A DNA stretch of 64,000 nt. Source: Nymphaea colorata. Lineage: Eukaryota. Shown here piece by piece: positions 1 through 13,279 of the stretch. The notes below the pieces were generated by a model. It worked only from the letters and a program-made list of their open reading frames with translations. It had not been told where the DNA came from and searched no databases. The first letter of the stretch is position 1. Each line of letters opens with the position of its first letter. Both the position numbers and the translations under genes were made by a program. The stretch is taken from assembly GCF_008831285.2 (NCBI RefSeq), contig NC_045138.2:40052001-40116000 (forward strand). The letters run 5' to 3'.

Positions 1-271
1 TTATTATATGATTACAACGGAAATGCAAGTGTCTCTCACCTGGTTCTATTATAAAATTTAGTAGTTGATGCAATTAAGTACCGTTGACTTTGTGTGCATT
101 TCACCTTTTCTTCTCAATCACTTTCTCGTGTCATCATACTTTGTGTGCATTTCACCGTAGATGGACAAAAAGAGGAGGTTTGCCTATTGTCCTGTCTTCC
201 CTTGATATTTTTCGGGAAACAACTAGCAGTGTGTGATTTAGGTCTGACTGGACCTTATATATGACATGGTC

Positions 272-471
272 TTAGCCATTCTTTTTCTGAAGTATTCCAC
301 CTGAAGGATAGACCCTACCGTGTAACAGGAACCAAAAGTATTGCTCTTCATGGCCTCTCAAAAAAAGCCAGTTAGCCATTCTTTTGCTGAAGTATTCCAC
401 CTGAAGGACAGACCCTACCGTGTAACAGGAACCAAAAGTATTGTTCTTCATGGTCTCTCAAAAAAAGCCAG
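272..471. repeat. Tandem duplication, 2 x 100 bp
   Basis: 272-371 and 372-471 are near-identical (ttagccattctttt...aaaaaaagccag); 4 substitutions counted by eye. Confidence 0.95.
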
Positions 472-534
472 GTGAAAAGGATTAGATATGGAATGATCCA
501 CCTACGGCAGCAGGCTTCTACTACAATTTATGAG

Positions 535-698
535 CAGTGGTGGAGCCAGAAATTTCTGGCTGAGAGGCATTATTACTACATCAAAAACATTTTATGGGCA
601 GTCTATGTGTAAATAATGAAGTGGTCATGAAATAAGCAAATTCATATGGGCTGGTGAGGGCAATTGCCGACATCAGCCCCCATGTGGCTCGGCCACTG
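535..698. mobile_element. hAT-like MITE (~164 bp)
   Basis: TIRs cagtggtggagcca / tggctcggccactg; 8-bp flanks tttatgag / cttaggag (6/8 match) fit a decayed hAT TSD. Confidence 0.7.
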
Positions 699-3600
699 CT
701 TAGGAGTTGCATGTATCATAATGTTTGTGACGTCTGGCATATTTTGTGAAGTTGCCTCCTCTGGCTGTTCCTATCGCCCTTTTGGTTGAGATGCAGCATG
801 ATCAAATTTCAATAGTAGTTCCATGTGGTGGTGCTATAGTAATAACTAAATTTGTCTTTTGTAGGTAGGGGGCGGCGGTCAGAAACTGGTGAAATGCAGC
901 GGGTTTGTCCAGATGAATTGCAGACCAGCACATTTCATTTGTATAACTATTTTCTTCATGTCAAAACAGTTTAGTTCATTGACGCTTGTAGAATGCCTTA
1001 AGCAGAAGACAGTATAAGCATTAGGAGAGCAACGGTGTTGTGTGTGTACATAAACCGTAGGTGTAGGAGCTCTTTCCAGCAGCATGGTCATCTCTCCTTT
1101 TGTGCATCTGAACCCTTTAACCGTTTCTAGTAGTGTTTCCTTTTAGGTCTGTAACGAATTTAATTTGCAGGGCTCTGTTGTATCCTCTCGCTCTCTGTCT
1201 CTGTATGTGTGTGTCTGGGTGTGTGCACTTTGAATGCCTAAATGATTTGACAGGGTAATTTACAAATCTGCTCGTCTGCTTTGCGCCTTTCTTCCTTCCC
1301 CATTTCCTTGCAGTCTACAGACAGGTTTCTTACGCGTGTTACTTATGGTGAAGTTTACCATAACAGGCTGCTTTCTTTCCGTTTTGCTCAAAGACGTCAT
1401 ATACAGTTTTTATAAAGTGAGAAGCCATAGATGGTTGCAATCATTTGCGTTTTTTTCCGCCGGAAAGGAGAAAGGAAAAGGTTTTCCCTTTATCAAACTG
1501 CTGAACTGTATGCTTGTAAAAACCTTTGTGGCCAATACGATGGTTTTTACTTGAGGGAAAGAAATCAGGTGGCCTTTAAGGCAGTGGTACTCACTAAACT
1601 TGGTTTTCATATAGATTCATGAGCATGCTGTCACCCTATTCTTGGGACGGTGATGTGTTTCAAAACGCATCGAATTTTTACAGAATGTAACTACCTAGGC
1701 TTCGTATCGAAGCACTTCGAAGGCTGGGAGAGAAGAAGCGGAACGGACGTTAGCACCTGTCCATTTCGTGCCTTGGTCTATGTTGAAGAGATTTCGATGG
1801 CTTTTGCCAACAATTGTTTTTTTCTTTAAAATTGTTCGCTGCTTCGTTCACTAGTTCGTCTACCATCCTGAGAACTAAGTGCCATAAATTATGGCCTGAA
1901 AAGAATGTAATGGAACAGGGCAGGAAGATGGTTCACATAAGGGGCTCAAGGTTCGTCTCCTGTAGCCACTGTCATTTTCTGATGCAATATTTCTGTGTGC
2001 TTGCAACACGTACCATCAATTGAAAAATGTATCATAGGATCAGTCAAGTTTCAAAGCCTAACAATGGAGTTGTAAAGGTTTTACATTGAGTTTCCCCTAA
2101 CAAAATATTAAATAAAAATGTCACAACTTAGTGCTTAGACGCACTATAAAGAGTTGTCTTTAACTTCTACGTCGTCTCTTCGTCCTTGTATACAGTGGTG
2201 GAGATGTGGCCAACCATAGCGTTAAGTATATGTAGGGAATGAGTTCTCCTTTGGACTAGATCTTTTTTTATTTTTTCTAGCACTTTCTCACTTTCTTTTT
2301 CTCTTTCTCTCTCTCTCTTACTTTTTTCACCTTTTCCTTTCATAACCATCTCTACCTTATGATTGGCAGATTCCTTGAAAAGAAAGAAATTCGAAAGACC
2401 CCATTCTCATAATCCTTTGTTTTTTTTCTCCGATCATTAATTGAAGGGGTCTCCCCACCCCGCTTTGATTGGAAAATCCGATCTCATAATGAGATCGGTT
2501 TTTCTCATTGTTTACTAAATTAATAATTACATAGTGCTACATGTAAAGTTTTAGTTAATAATTTACAGAGTGCTACATGTAAAGTTTGTTTTATATATAT
2601 GAAGGTGAATGATAACGTGTACTTGGCTTTAAAAAGAATTCACATGTGATTCTCTATAAACATTAATCAAGTTAATTGCAAGGCTCAATAAAATTTTTAA
2701 GGCACGGTCAGATCTGTCAATCCTGTCAGAATGTAGCCAAAGGGTTGAACAATGTATATATTAGTTATGTATATATAAATATAATGAAAATGAATAATGC
2801 TAGTAATTGGCCTGTTTAATCATATATATCCAAATTTTTTAAGGAAAACTAATACACATGCGTCTTTTCCATGTCCTAAACCATGAAAATCAACATAGAA
2901 ATCATATCTTGCGGATACTTTCTGGACATGCAAGATGAGTTTTTTACAGATTCATTGATTATTGAACTTTCACACTATATTAGTTGCACACCTAAAAGAT
3001 ATCATTTTTTGTATGAATTGCGTAACGATGTCCTCATCTAGATCACGTTTATACGATAGATGTCACTAAGTGAAGGAAAAAAAAAAAAGTGTCCAAAATG
3101 ATTCGGACTGGTTGGTCCAGTCAAAAGTATCGTCAACTACTACACGTTTCGATCGTCCCGTCCAACGTGGTCCTCTCACCTTTTTGAAAGATGGACAGCG
3201 CCACGTTTTCCTCCGGCCTTCCAGATGCTCAAGTTTTGCTCCCCGGCCCACCACTTTGCCATTATTTTACAAATAGTGGACCACATTTTCTGAAATTTCT
3301 GGCATTTTCCATTGACAGGTCCCAGTCCTCACCATACCAAACTTTGTCAATCACCGCCACCTAGTTAGTGTTTGACTCACATTCGAATGGAGAGACTTTG
3401 TCGCTTGCTGAAGGCGTAAAATGCCGAAGTTAATACACTTTTTCTCCCAATGGAGAGACTTTGTCGCTTGCCTGATGACACAAAACTAATGAGTTAGTAC
3501 ACTTACTCCCAAATCCTAGGGATGCTTTAATAGGGAGCTGATGCCCTCGATTAGTTTACCAGCCGTTGGCCCAACAAACTCTTGAGATTCCACACCTACA

Positions 3601-5037
3601 GTTGATCTCATATGGTATTTTTTTTCTTGGGTACTTTTTCTTTCTGTAGCCAAATGGAGGTTAGGCAAATCCAACTAAATTATACTAATGGGTTTCCACC
3701 TGAAGCCCTGAATTCATGTCTCCACTTGTTCAGCATGAGATTCTCAAGTCCAATCCACTAGCCAAAATGAACGGAAATCTTGTCGGCCTTGGCCATTTTC
3801 TTTAGTCAGATCTCAAACACCAGCATTCATTGAAATGAGGAAGCGAATCAATGGAAGGTGAGAACTTGCCCTGCTTCCTTAGCAGAGACATTGATGATCA
3901 GAAGAGCTAGACAGCGTTGTGCCAAATCAAACCAAGAGTCTGCTGATTTACATAAACTTCTAAAAGTTGAGAACTATTTATCGGATATTTCATGTTAGAT
4001 CTTTAATGCGACAAAGAAAGAACCCGACAAGTCTTGATCAAACTTGTTTCCTTGATAATCGCCTTCGAAATAATGTAGAACTTGGAGATTACTTTTATGC
4101 TTATAAACTTAAAAACAATTTAACTAATTCAAAAAAAAAATATTACAAGAACATACTCAGCTCTAAATCGAATAACAACAACATGCTTAAGTTTTAATTT
4201 CTTCGGCTTAACTACTTAGATTAACTGCTACATGAAAGAAAAAAATACAAACTTAAATGCGTTTTTGTTATATTTCAAAAACTTGAATGCGTTCTTTAAA
4301 AATAAATAAAACCACTGATAAGTTTCACATCATTCTCTATTTGCTCATTGACAAAAGATACTGTCCAGAAGATATCTATTTGGGATATGAAGTATGGAAT
4401 TGGTTAATAACTAGCCTTGATCAAGAATTTATCCATAAAGTTAGATATATCTTTCTTGCAACGGGATACTAATCGTAACTAAAAATGAAAAGACTACAAC
4501 CCTAAAACAGCAATACCCCAATCACAAGCGGAACAAAAATTGCATGCGTTTAAAATTTTGAGACCCATTTGTACTTAATTAGAATCGTACGAAGATCAAT
4601 ATTGCTCTGTCAACCTATATATCACGATATTCTGTCCTTAGCAATTCAGAGATTCCGAAGTGCAAGATCATGTTCGACAATTTTTAAAGTTTTAAAAAAA
4701 TATCAATTCGACAGGTGACCACACTCAGTTCAAGTACCTTGGCAGAACACTCCGACTTTATCCCGCGTACTTATCTCATCACAATGAAATCATACGGTTC
4801 ACAGGCTTCAAAAAATTTTCAGTAAGGAAGAATCTTCATCATTCCATCCACTCGCAATAGTACAAAACGCCAACTAATATCTTGAACACATGAAGAAGAA
4901 GGCAAAGTTAAAAGAAAAAGAAGCTCACAGGCAAGAGATGCCAGGAGAGAGAGAGAGAGAAAGCGGGAGGAAAGCCATGAAACCTCCACGATTTCTTGAA
5001 ATCTGCCATTTCGACTTTTCCGGCTGTGGGCCGAAGG

Positions 5038-7789
5038 TTACTTGGTATCGGGAAAAGACTTGAGCGGATCACGAGGATCGATCTCTGAGAGGAGCGGAAG
5101 ATCAGAGGGTAGGCTCGCGACGCTCAACCCTTCCTTCTTGAGCGTCTCCACCAGTTCGTCGAACACCACCTTATTTCCATCCGCCGTCAAGTGCAGACCG
5201 TCTCTGTGCAAGATTTCTTTAATTGGTTAATCCTCCTTATCATCATGATAATCTTTCAATTAGCAAAGAAATCCACTACACACAATAAGCACCCAACGTG
5301 TTCTGATCAAAGGAATCTTGGAGTCCGCTTTGCTTTAAGAACGTATCTACATGAATCAGGAACATAACTCCGCTCTTTTCTTGTTCTGCCGGATTTTGGC
5401 CAGTTTTTGAGGCAAACCTAGGCTCAAATTAATTTGCAAGTGCGAAAAAACTTCATCAAAATCCCCCATGCACGGATTGATTTTCATGACACCCTGATAT
5501 TTGATAATTTTAAAGTACCTTAGCATCAAGCTGGAGAATTACTAATCATGAGATAAACATATTCTAGTTTCATATATCTCTTATAATTAGTTGTTCAGCT
5601 AAGTTATGGATGGAGTCTTTTTCTCTTTTTCCGTATAAAGAACTACAGTCTCAAACGTAGGAAAGATGGTTGTGAAGAACCAAAGAAATAAAAAGGAAAA
5701 AACAAAAGACAAGTAACCAAAAGAGTGTATACATAGTGTTTCCGCTAAAGCAGAGTGGATCGCCCACAGCATTTCAACTTAGGAAAAAAAAACATGTGCA
5801 TGGTTGGGCGCAGAAGCCTTCCATTGAAGAAGAGCGAAGGAAAGGCACCGGCCGGCAACCTCCCCACTTGCTCGTTTCTCTGGCAGGTCGGTCACGTCAG
5901 GCGGAGACGTCTCAAAGGTCATTTACACACGCACACACACATACACATACACACGGGCGTGCTGATGTGCAATGACATGCCTTTCTCTGTCTTTATATAT
6001 ATATATACTAAACTGAATTTCAATACAAAAAATATATTATGTAATTAAAAAATATTATTTTTTTTAATATAAAAAAAGTTATTGACTAGATTTTTTTCAG
6101 TGTAAAAAAAATTCATTGGTTGGAATGGGGTCATGGCTTAAGCGGCCCTCTCTCCTTTCCCTTGTCTTAACATATCATTTGTTAGTGTATATATATATAT
6201 ATATATATTAAATTTTTTTTTATATTAATCTGTCCATATTATTGGACTGCATGAGAGGAAAAGGCAACTATGGATACTGTGCTGACAACTATCTACACAA
6301 ACTTAAGAAATTTTAACTTCATATTGATATTTTTAAAAAAAATCTTGACTCTTTCCTAAACCAAGAGACGGCAGAAAGTTCTCAGTTTATACATAGACAC
6401 ACACACCCAGAATTTGTGAGATATCCAAATCAAATCAATAGATGGCAACAGATCTTTAGTTTTTCATCCTCAACATCCTATAGAATTGCATGTATATTTC
6501 TTTATATTAAGAAACAAATATTGCTTTCATCTGTGTGCATGTGGAGCAAATGTGGAAATTGGTCGCACGAAAGAAGAGGGAGATGTGATGACGCGTAGGT
6601 CCACCAAGTTGGCCGGTGTGGCGCGTACTCTTTTTTTTGGCGGTGTGATGACGCGTGGCACAATGTACTACGACCCCTTAACCTAACCATGAATCCAACG
6701 CCACACCAGCCCCGATAACCAATAGCAACTAATACGCAACCTACCTCATGTACTGTTGTTACTCAAGTCTCTGTCGAGTTTAACTTTTAGTTCAATGATG
6801 AGTTCGGGAAAGGGAAGACCGATGGTGGCAGAGAAAACAAATAAATAAATAAATAACTCTCTGGTTCAAATTACCGGAGGTAAGCCTTCTGCCAACCAGG
6901 AATTGTTTGCATCTTCGTCCACAAATCCACGACGGGGACGCTGGAATCTCTGCCTGCGGAAATGCAGGACTCGGCGTACAGCCCGGCGCTCTGGTTGGTC
7001 CTCTCGGGCAGCCCACTTGTGCTTCCTCCATATGGGTCCCTGCCAACCAATAATACGGCACAGTAAAACTTACAACGGAAGAAAATTACAGAAGAAAAGC
7101 TTCCTAGTAATGATCGCCGCAGATGAAAGGAGGAGAAGATTCATGATTGAAACCTTAATCTGGCTTCTTCATCGATGGGTGGTGGGGCGAGCAACACTAT
7201 TACGGTAGCCCCCCATCGTCCCTACACCGCATATGCAGATTAATAACATCAATGGCTATTATTTTAATCGACAGAAAGGAAACTGTTGGAAAAATTATGG
7301 AAGCAAGAAGGCGCTAGCAGGTTCGAGTTCCACCTTGATGCGGGCGATGAGATCGATGAGGTTTTGACGGTATTCATGAAGGGGAACGTGTTGGAAGGCG
7401 CTGGATCGATCGGGGAGGGAAGCGTCGTTGGCTCCGAAGAAGATGGTGAGGGCAGCCGGCGGGGAGTCGACGGAGGAGAGGACTCGGTCGAGAACCCGCA
7501 GTGCCCACCTCGTGTTGTAGCCGCTGTAACCTCTCAGCACCACGTCCGCCTGTTACATGACCTCCCCACAACAAGAACATCATGAAAGACGTCGTTAGCT
7601 ATAGAAGGAAGGAGAAAGACGGCGAGGAATAGGGCCGGACGGGTGGAAGCTAGTGTGTTTGAGAGGTGGTACTTAAGAGAAAGACCATACAGTGCGGGAG
7701 AAATGGTTGGCGAGGCATGCTCCCCATCCTCCCACTGCGAACGATTCTTCGGTGATCGAGTCTCCAAACAGCACAATCTTCGGCCTCAT
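5038..7789 (-). CDS. SGNH/GDSL esterase-lipase, IAH1/At5g45920-like, ~237 aa; exons 7789-7691, 7549-7334, 7221-7154, 7039-6875, 5203-5038
   Basis: Spliced translation MRPKIVLFGDSITEESF...ADVVLRGYSGYNTRW...FFGANDA...DGLHLT has all four SGNH blocks. All introns are GT-AG and phase-consistent; 714 nt ending in TAA. Confidence 0.93.
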
Positions 7790-8704
7790 ACCTCTTACAG
7801 CCTTCGATCGGAAAACTCGAAGAAGGAGGGGAAGGGAGATTGTTCAAAACGTCTGCTCACACAGTGACCATGAACGGTGACGGCTGAAAGAGGGCGCAAA
7901 GTTAATGAAAGCTCTTCAATTTAATTTAATGGCAGTGATGTCTAGAGAAAGAGAGAGAGGCGGACCAAGATAAAATAAAAAGAAAGCTAAAAACAATAAT
8001 TGACCAAAACCATTGGATCACTGGGTCAAGCTGCCTCATCTGCGCTGACGTCTGAACCCCCAGCCGACGAGTCTATCGAGTTAAAAGGGGCGTCGGCATC
8101 TGCAGTCTCTGCGACTCTGCAACTTCGGCTTCACCATGCACCTTGACCTGACCCGGACCTCTCTCTTCCCCCTTATCTTTTACTGCCTTCCCGTCAAAAT
8201 GGTTGGTCTTGTCATTTTCTTGCAAGACAGAGATTTTCTTCCCGTACGCAGACGACCGACGACGGACGACCGAGGGGATGGTGGGAAATCATTGCCGTCT
8301 GCAACCTCTCTGCAAGTGAGAGAGTCCCTGCAGTCCCTTTCACCTCTCACCACCACCCCCTCACCCTTTTCTTCCTCATTAACTTTCCTGTTATTCTGAA
8401 TCCTCACTCGGTTGGCCCCCACGCCTGATGATCATATTAAATTGTTCCCACAGGTTTCGTTTTCCTTCAACTGCTGTGAATCTTCGCAGCTGGAAATAAA
8501 TTTCAGGAGCCTGATACTGATCCTACTTGCACAGGTTAAAAAGCTTTTGAGAAAAATTAAGAAAAGAAGAAGGAACCTGCAGGCCATAGCAAAAGATATT
8601 GATTTCGCCCAGTGATCAGTTTAATTCGTATTGGGATTTGACATAGTCATAATATACGCTCATCAGCAGTAAAAACGATCGATTTTAAGATTGAAAAATC
8701 AATA

Positions 8705-8739
<35 letters not shown>

Positions 8740-9287
8740 CTTTCTTCAAGATGAGACCATTGAGTTGGTCCCATATAATTGTCTGATATTGAGAAATACC
8801 CTCATATGACCCTAGGGCCCCATTTTTGTTTATGATATATTGGGCCAATACATATAAAGTGAATGTAAGATCCATGCTGCTAAGTTTATCAGTTTATTTA
8901 AATTGGAAATTTTATAATGCACATCCTTTAATACAACTTAGATATGTGATCAAACACTTACACGACGTATAGAAGCGCTAGTTACATCATTGGCAGTGAT
9001 GCGCACACAGAGGGGGGGTGACCCGAGGGCGTCCATCGGCTCGTAGGCTCTAAAACCGGAGCAAATGTCATGCACTGCGTCTTGGAAAAGCAAAAGAGGA
9101 GAAGCCATTAAAAAGTCCCGACATGTACAGTCGCCACCTCGAGGCATTCTGAAAGCAACATTGATGGGGTCGTTTTATTTATTCTATTAGTTATTGCTGG
9201 CGGAGTCTTTATGGCAGCTGATCACTCTTATTGTTTCAATTCAGATTCGCGGGGACCTCCTTTGAACATATTCTAGTTACTACTTTA

Positions 9288-9648
9288 GCGGTGCTTGATG
9301 TTGCATAAATTGTGAGAATTTTAGAATTGATGAGATAAAAATTGCATTGTTAAACAAAGAATTTTAATTCTAGAATTATAGGTTCATTCTTGAATCAAAG
9401 TACCCGAACCGTGATTCTAACTTGTGTTTTTTTAAAGCACATGTCATTATAGTTTTGATTCATCAATTTTAGAATTTTATTTTTTGTTTTATCAAACACA
9501 TCCTTTTGAATTCTAGAATCAAAATTCCAAATTCTCAAACACAAGAGAAAACTAGAACTAGAATTTTCACTCCAATTTCAATTTGAAGTGAAATTTTTCT
9601 TGTAAAATTTTAGTTTCATAATCAAAATTCAAAGGCATCAAACGCCCC
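9288..9648. mobile_element. Tourist/PIF-Harbinger-like MITE
   Basis: Ends gcggtgcttgatg / catcaaacgcccc flanked by TTA/TAA; AT-rich interior with repeated tagaatt/aattcta motifs. Confidence 0.6.
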
Positions 9649-9714
9649 TAATTTTTTCCTGTTATAAGGAAGAATCCTTTATAATCAATTTTTTTTCTTC
9701 TATAGTACAGTGAT

Positions 9715-9870
9715 CAGGAGCGGAGCCAAAAAATTTTTATGAAGGGGGCTAAATTAAAGTTTTTAAATTTTAATTAGGGCTGAAATATCATTTTTCAAAA
9801 TTCTTATATGAAACAAGTAAAATTTTTTAAATTTTAAATGTAATTTAAAAAAAAAAATTGCAGTGAGGCC
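9715..9870 (+). mobile_element. Truncated hAT-like MITE copy
   Basis: Starts caggagcggagcca, like the TIR at 535; homologous in inverted orientation to 10700-10842. Confidence 0.6.
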
Positions 9871-10699
9871 AAGGCTATCATGGAACATTTATTTATCTTG
9901 ACTTGCATTTACCATAGCCATGGCAACCCTCAAAAGTTGTCTCTATGCTTCTATATATTTAGCTTCTTTGAACACTAACATCCAGCCTTTTGTAGTGAGC
10001 TGATTAAAATAACTAGTTTTGTCAAATTATTGGATCCATATACAAGAAAGGGTTCGGTATGCAAGCATTCTTATCTGCATACATATTATGCAGATGTAGT
10101 GTATTATAGTTTGAGTACTAACTGCTTAGGCTTGTCTAGCTCAAGCAGGCTAGCTACCCAGATAAGAAAATTTGGCTGAGTGGATCATGTGACGAGGGCT
10201 CGAGTACTTCTTAGCTTCCTTTAATGGAGGCGAATCGGTGGTGCTCCATTATTGTCACCCTGGAAGCCCCGGCCTCGAGCTCAGATGGGGACGTTCATCA
10301 TCTTCCTTCGTCTCAATAATTTGATCAGACCAGTCTTGTCTTTTTCCTTGCATGTCATAGACAGTGAAGAACTGCCACTAATCTGAATCCAAGTGGGTGA
10401 CGCTACTGAACTTTGCTGGAGTAGATCTAGAAAATTAAATAATTGTACGTGTGCTGCCGACTGCATGGACTTTACTGGGGTCCTGATGTTAGTGGAAATT
10501 AAGCCAACTGGTTATAATGTATTGCGAGACCTGGGTAGGGGCCCTGCTCAATTTTGATCAAGTTGGAGCCCACGGCATTTGGGTAGGGATGTTGATGGGA
10601 TGGAAGGAAATTGGATGTAGCCTGTTTATCATTCCTAATTATGATCATTGGTCGGATGTTCACATATTGGTAAGGGAGAAGCTTGCCCTACATCAAAAT

Positions 10700-10842
10700 T
10701 AAAAAAAAAAAATTACATTTAAATTTTAGAAAATTTTACTTGTCTTATATAAAAAAATTTGAAAAATGATATTTCGGCCTGCGCCAAAATTTAGAAACTT
10801 CAATTCGACCCTTCTCATGAACAATTTCTGACTCTGATCCTG
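10700..10842 (-). mobile_element. Truncated hAT-like MITE copy, inverted relative to 9715-9870
   Basis: Its reverse complement (caggatcagagtcagaaatt...gaaatatcatttttcaaa...acaagtaaaatttt...aaatgtaattt) aligns to 9715-9860. Confidence 0.6.
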
Positions 10843-13279
10843 CATATTCGAACTCCAATGCAAATGAACAGAAGTCGACACAATATCCAAATCCAATCCG
10901 AATGTGCAAAGCTGAATCTGACTTTAAAATACACAACCGAATCGAAAGTGCATTATGATATGTTAAAAATTACCTTCCAAAATGTCTGAATGTTGGATAT
11001 TAGGTATTTACATAAAACTAAATGCATATCTGAATCCATCGGATTTTTATTTAAAATCGAATTTGAATTCAACATAAATGTCATTTTTTAAATCTGAACC
11101 CGATCTGATTTCTCTATGGGATGTTAATTTTTTTTTTAATATCCAACTTTTGCTGAAGCAGATTAATCAGATACCCAATCCAAATCCAAGTCATTGACCT
11201 TAATTGGAGTTGGAGGTTGGGGCATTATGAACATAGATGAGCTTGAATAGCAACACAAGCAACGAATCATCTGAGGACTTGTAAGCCCCAAAACTTTTGG
11301 GAACATGAATCTAACTCGTGAACCAGATTTCTTTTATGTTTTAAGCTGTATATATTTTCATGGTATACAGATGTACTTAAGGCATTCAAAGTATTCATGA
11401 TCTTCCTATCTAAAGTCTCCTAAGCTGGAATGACAAAGCTTTGAATGATTAAGGCGGAACACACCAAAGCTCATTAATGTTCCCATGCGGCATGCACGTT
11501 GTTGCACATGCTATACTTATAAAAACCGTTTGACAGGAACATAATTTGTCGGAATCAAGAAGAAACAAGGCCTAAGTTGCTTCTGTGAAGATGGATCTCA
11601 CCACTATTATACAAAAGATAAAACCTGACATCCACATTAACACCAAGGCTTGCGCTGACCCAAGCGTCCAGAAGGACACATCTCTGTGATGTAATCACCT
11701 TCTGTTCCGATCTTGAAGAAATATTTAACTGAGATAATTGAAAGTAGGACACTGAAGTTTATAAACTACTCGAGGATTTCAATCTTATCAGCACAGAAAT
11801 ATTTTTAGTCCTCTCACATTGGTGTGTTATAATTCATTCTTTTAAATAAGACAATATCCTTTAAAGAACACGCATCCAGCTTGCATTTCAAGCCCAAGTT
11901 CTTAAACCTTTCAAGACTTTAATGCTTTCATCAATCTAGCATTTATTTCAGGTACTACAACTATCAATTTTCATAGTCACTGGCGGCCATCTGTGTTAAA
12001 TGAATGGTCACTGATAGAACCAATTGTCCCCAAAAAATTAGGATAAATTCATTAAATACATTTACAAGTGTTCCATGAATGTGGCTGAAAATAAGGACAG
12101 ATTCAACAGTTCCATGAATCCACCCACCTCAAGATTCGTGAAACACACCCACGGCGTTCCTAATGCCAAATGGCTAAATTTGGCACCAGTAACATATTGT
12201 TCACTGCCCCCAAAACTTAGGATAAATTCATAGAACCATAGAACATAGTGTTCCATGAATCTATCTCAAATTATGGCGCAAAATCATTAGACCCATAACA
12301 ATCTGTTATGGGTACTAAACAGCACCTAAGTCCTACATTTTCTCCACTGCCATAACAAAGGACATATTTTTAATTTTAACAAATCACGTATTATCAATGC
12401 TTTGTACCGGCACCTTGCAGATGCGGCCCAACAGTAACAACTGCAATGTAAAGTTACTAAAGCGGTTGCTGGTTTACTCCTTGACCCATCCACTCTCTCT
12501 CTCGTGCACATCATTCCCTTCATAAACACTATTCCCTCTTCTCTGTTTCAATATTTACACCTAAATAAGGTACTGTCAACCTCATACTAACGTCAGAACA
12601 AAGCCTTCTTTTTCATCTGAAATGAACTCATCAGAAAAGTGCCCACAAAGCACTCGCAAAGCGTAACATACTGATCAGGTTGCCATCTGTTTCACCGTCT
12701 TATGACACATCAGTAACAAGACCACCTGTAGTTCAAGTTGTTGCTTTTTGTATTCCAAAACGGTCAGAGATTTTGTGTTTGGTAACAGGAACGTCACTTA
12801 TTCGTGGAACGATGCATTCCAAAGAACAGAGTGTTCCTGCCATCAAACAACCTCTTAAAGTACAGCTCAATAAAAAAGCGCCTAACTTACAGTTAAGTGT
12901 AGTGATCCAAACTGCAGGTACCATATTAGTGCTCTTACTGCCCAGCTATTACAAAGCAAAAGAAACACAATATCCAGCTTAGGTTTCAAAAAGATCAGTA
13001 TATGATATAAATTTCCAGCTAAAAAGTTACGTAAACCTTCTTTGGTATTCATCACAATGAGTGTGTTTCTACATCTTTAAAGAGAAAAAAAAATGGAATC
13101 TGCCTGCCGTGATACTAACTGGATTGTGAACAGTGAGGCCCACATGTCAGTCAAGATTGTTCTGTAAAAGCATTCAAGATCCCTTTTTGTAAAAAGTTTT
13201 GCTTCATTATTGCAGTCTATATGAAACCGACAAGTTCTGGCCGCAATTTACCGAGTATCGAGCAATTCAGTGAAGGCAC

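Noticed and set aside
865..975. Possible terminal exon of a gene starting before the window (ttttgtag|GTAGGGGGCGG...)
   Set aside because: Plausible acceptor and short open frames, but no recognisable protein similarity and no upstream exons identified.
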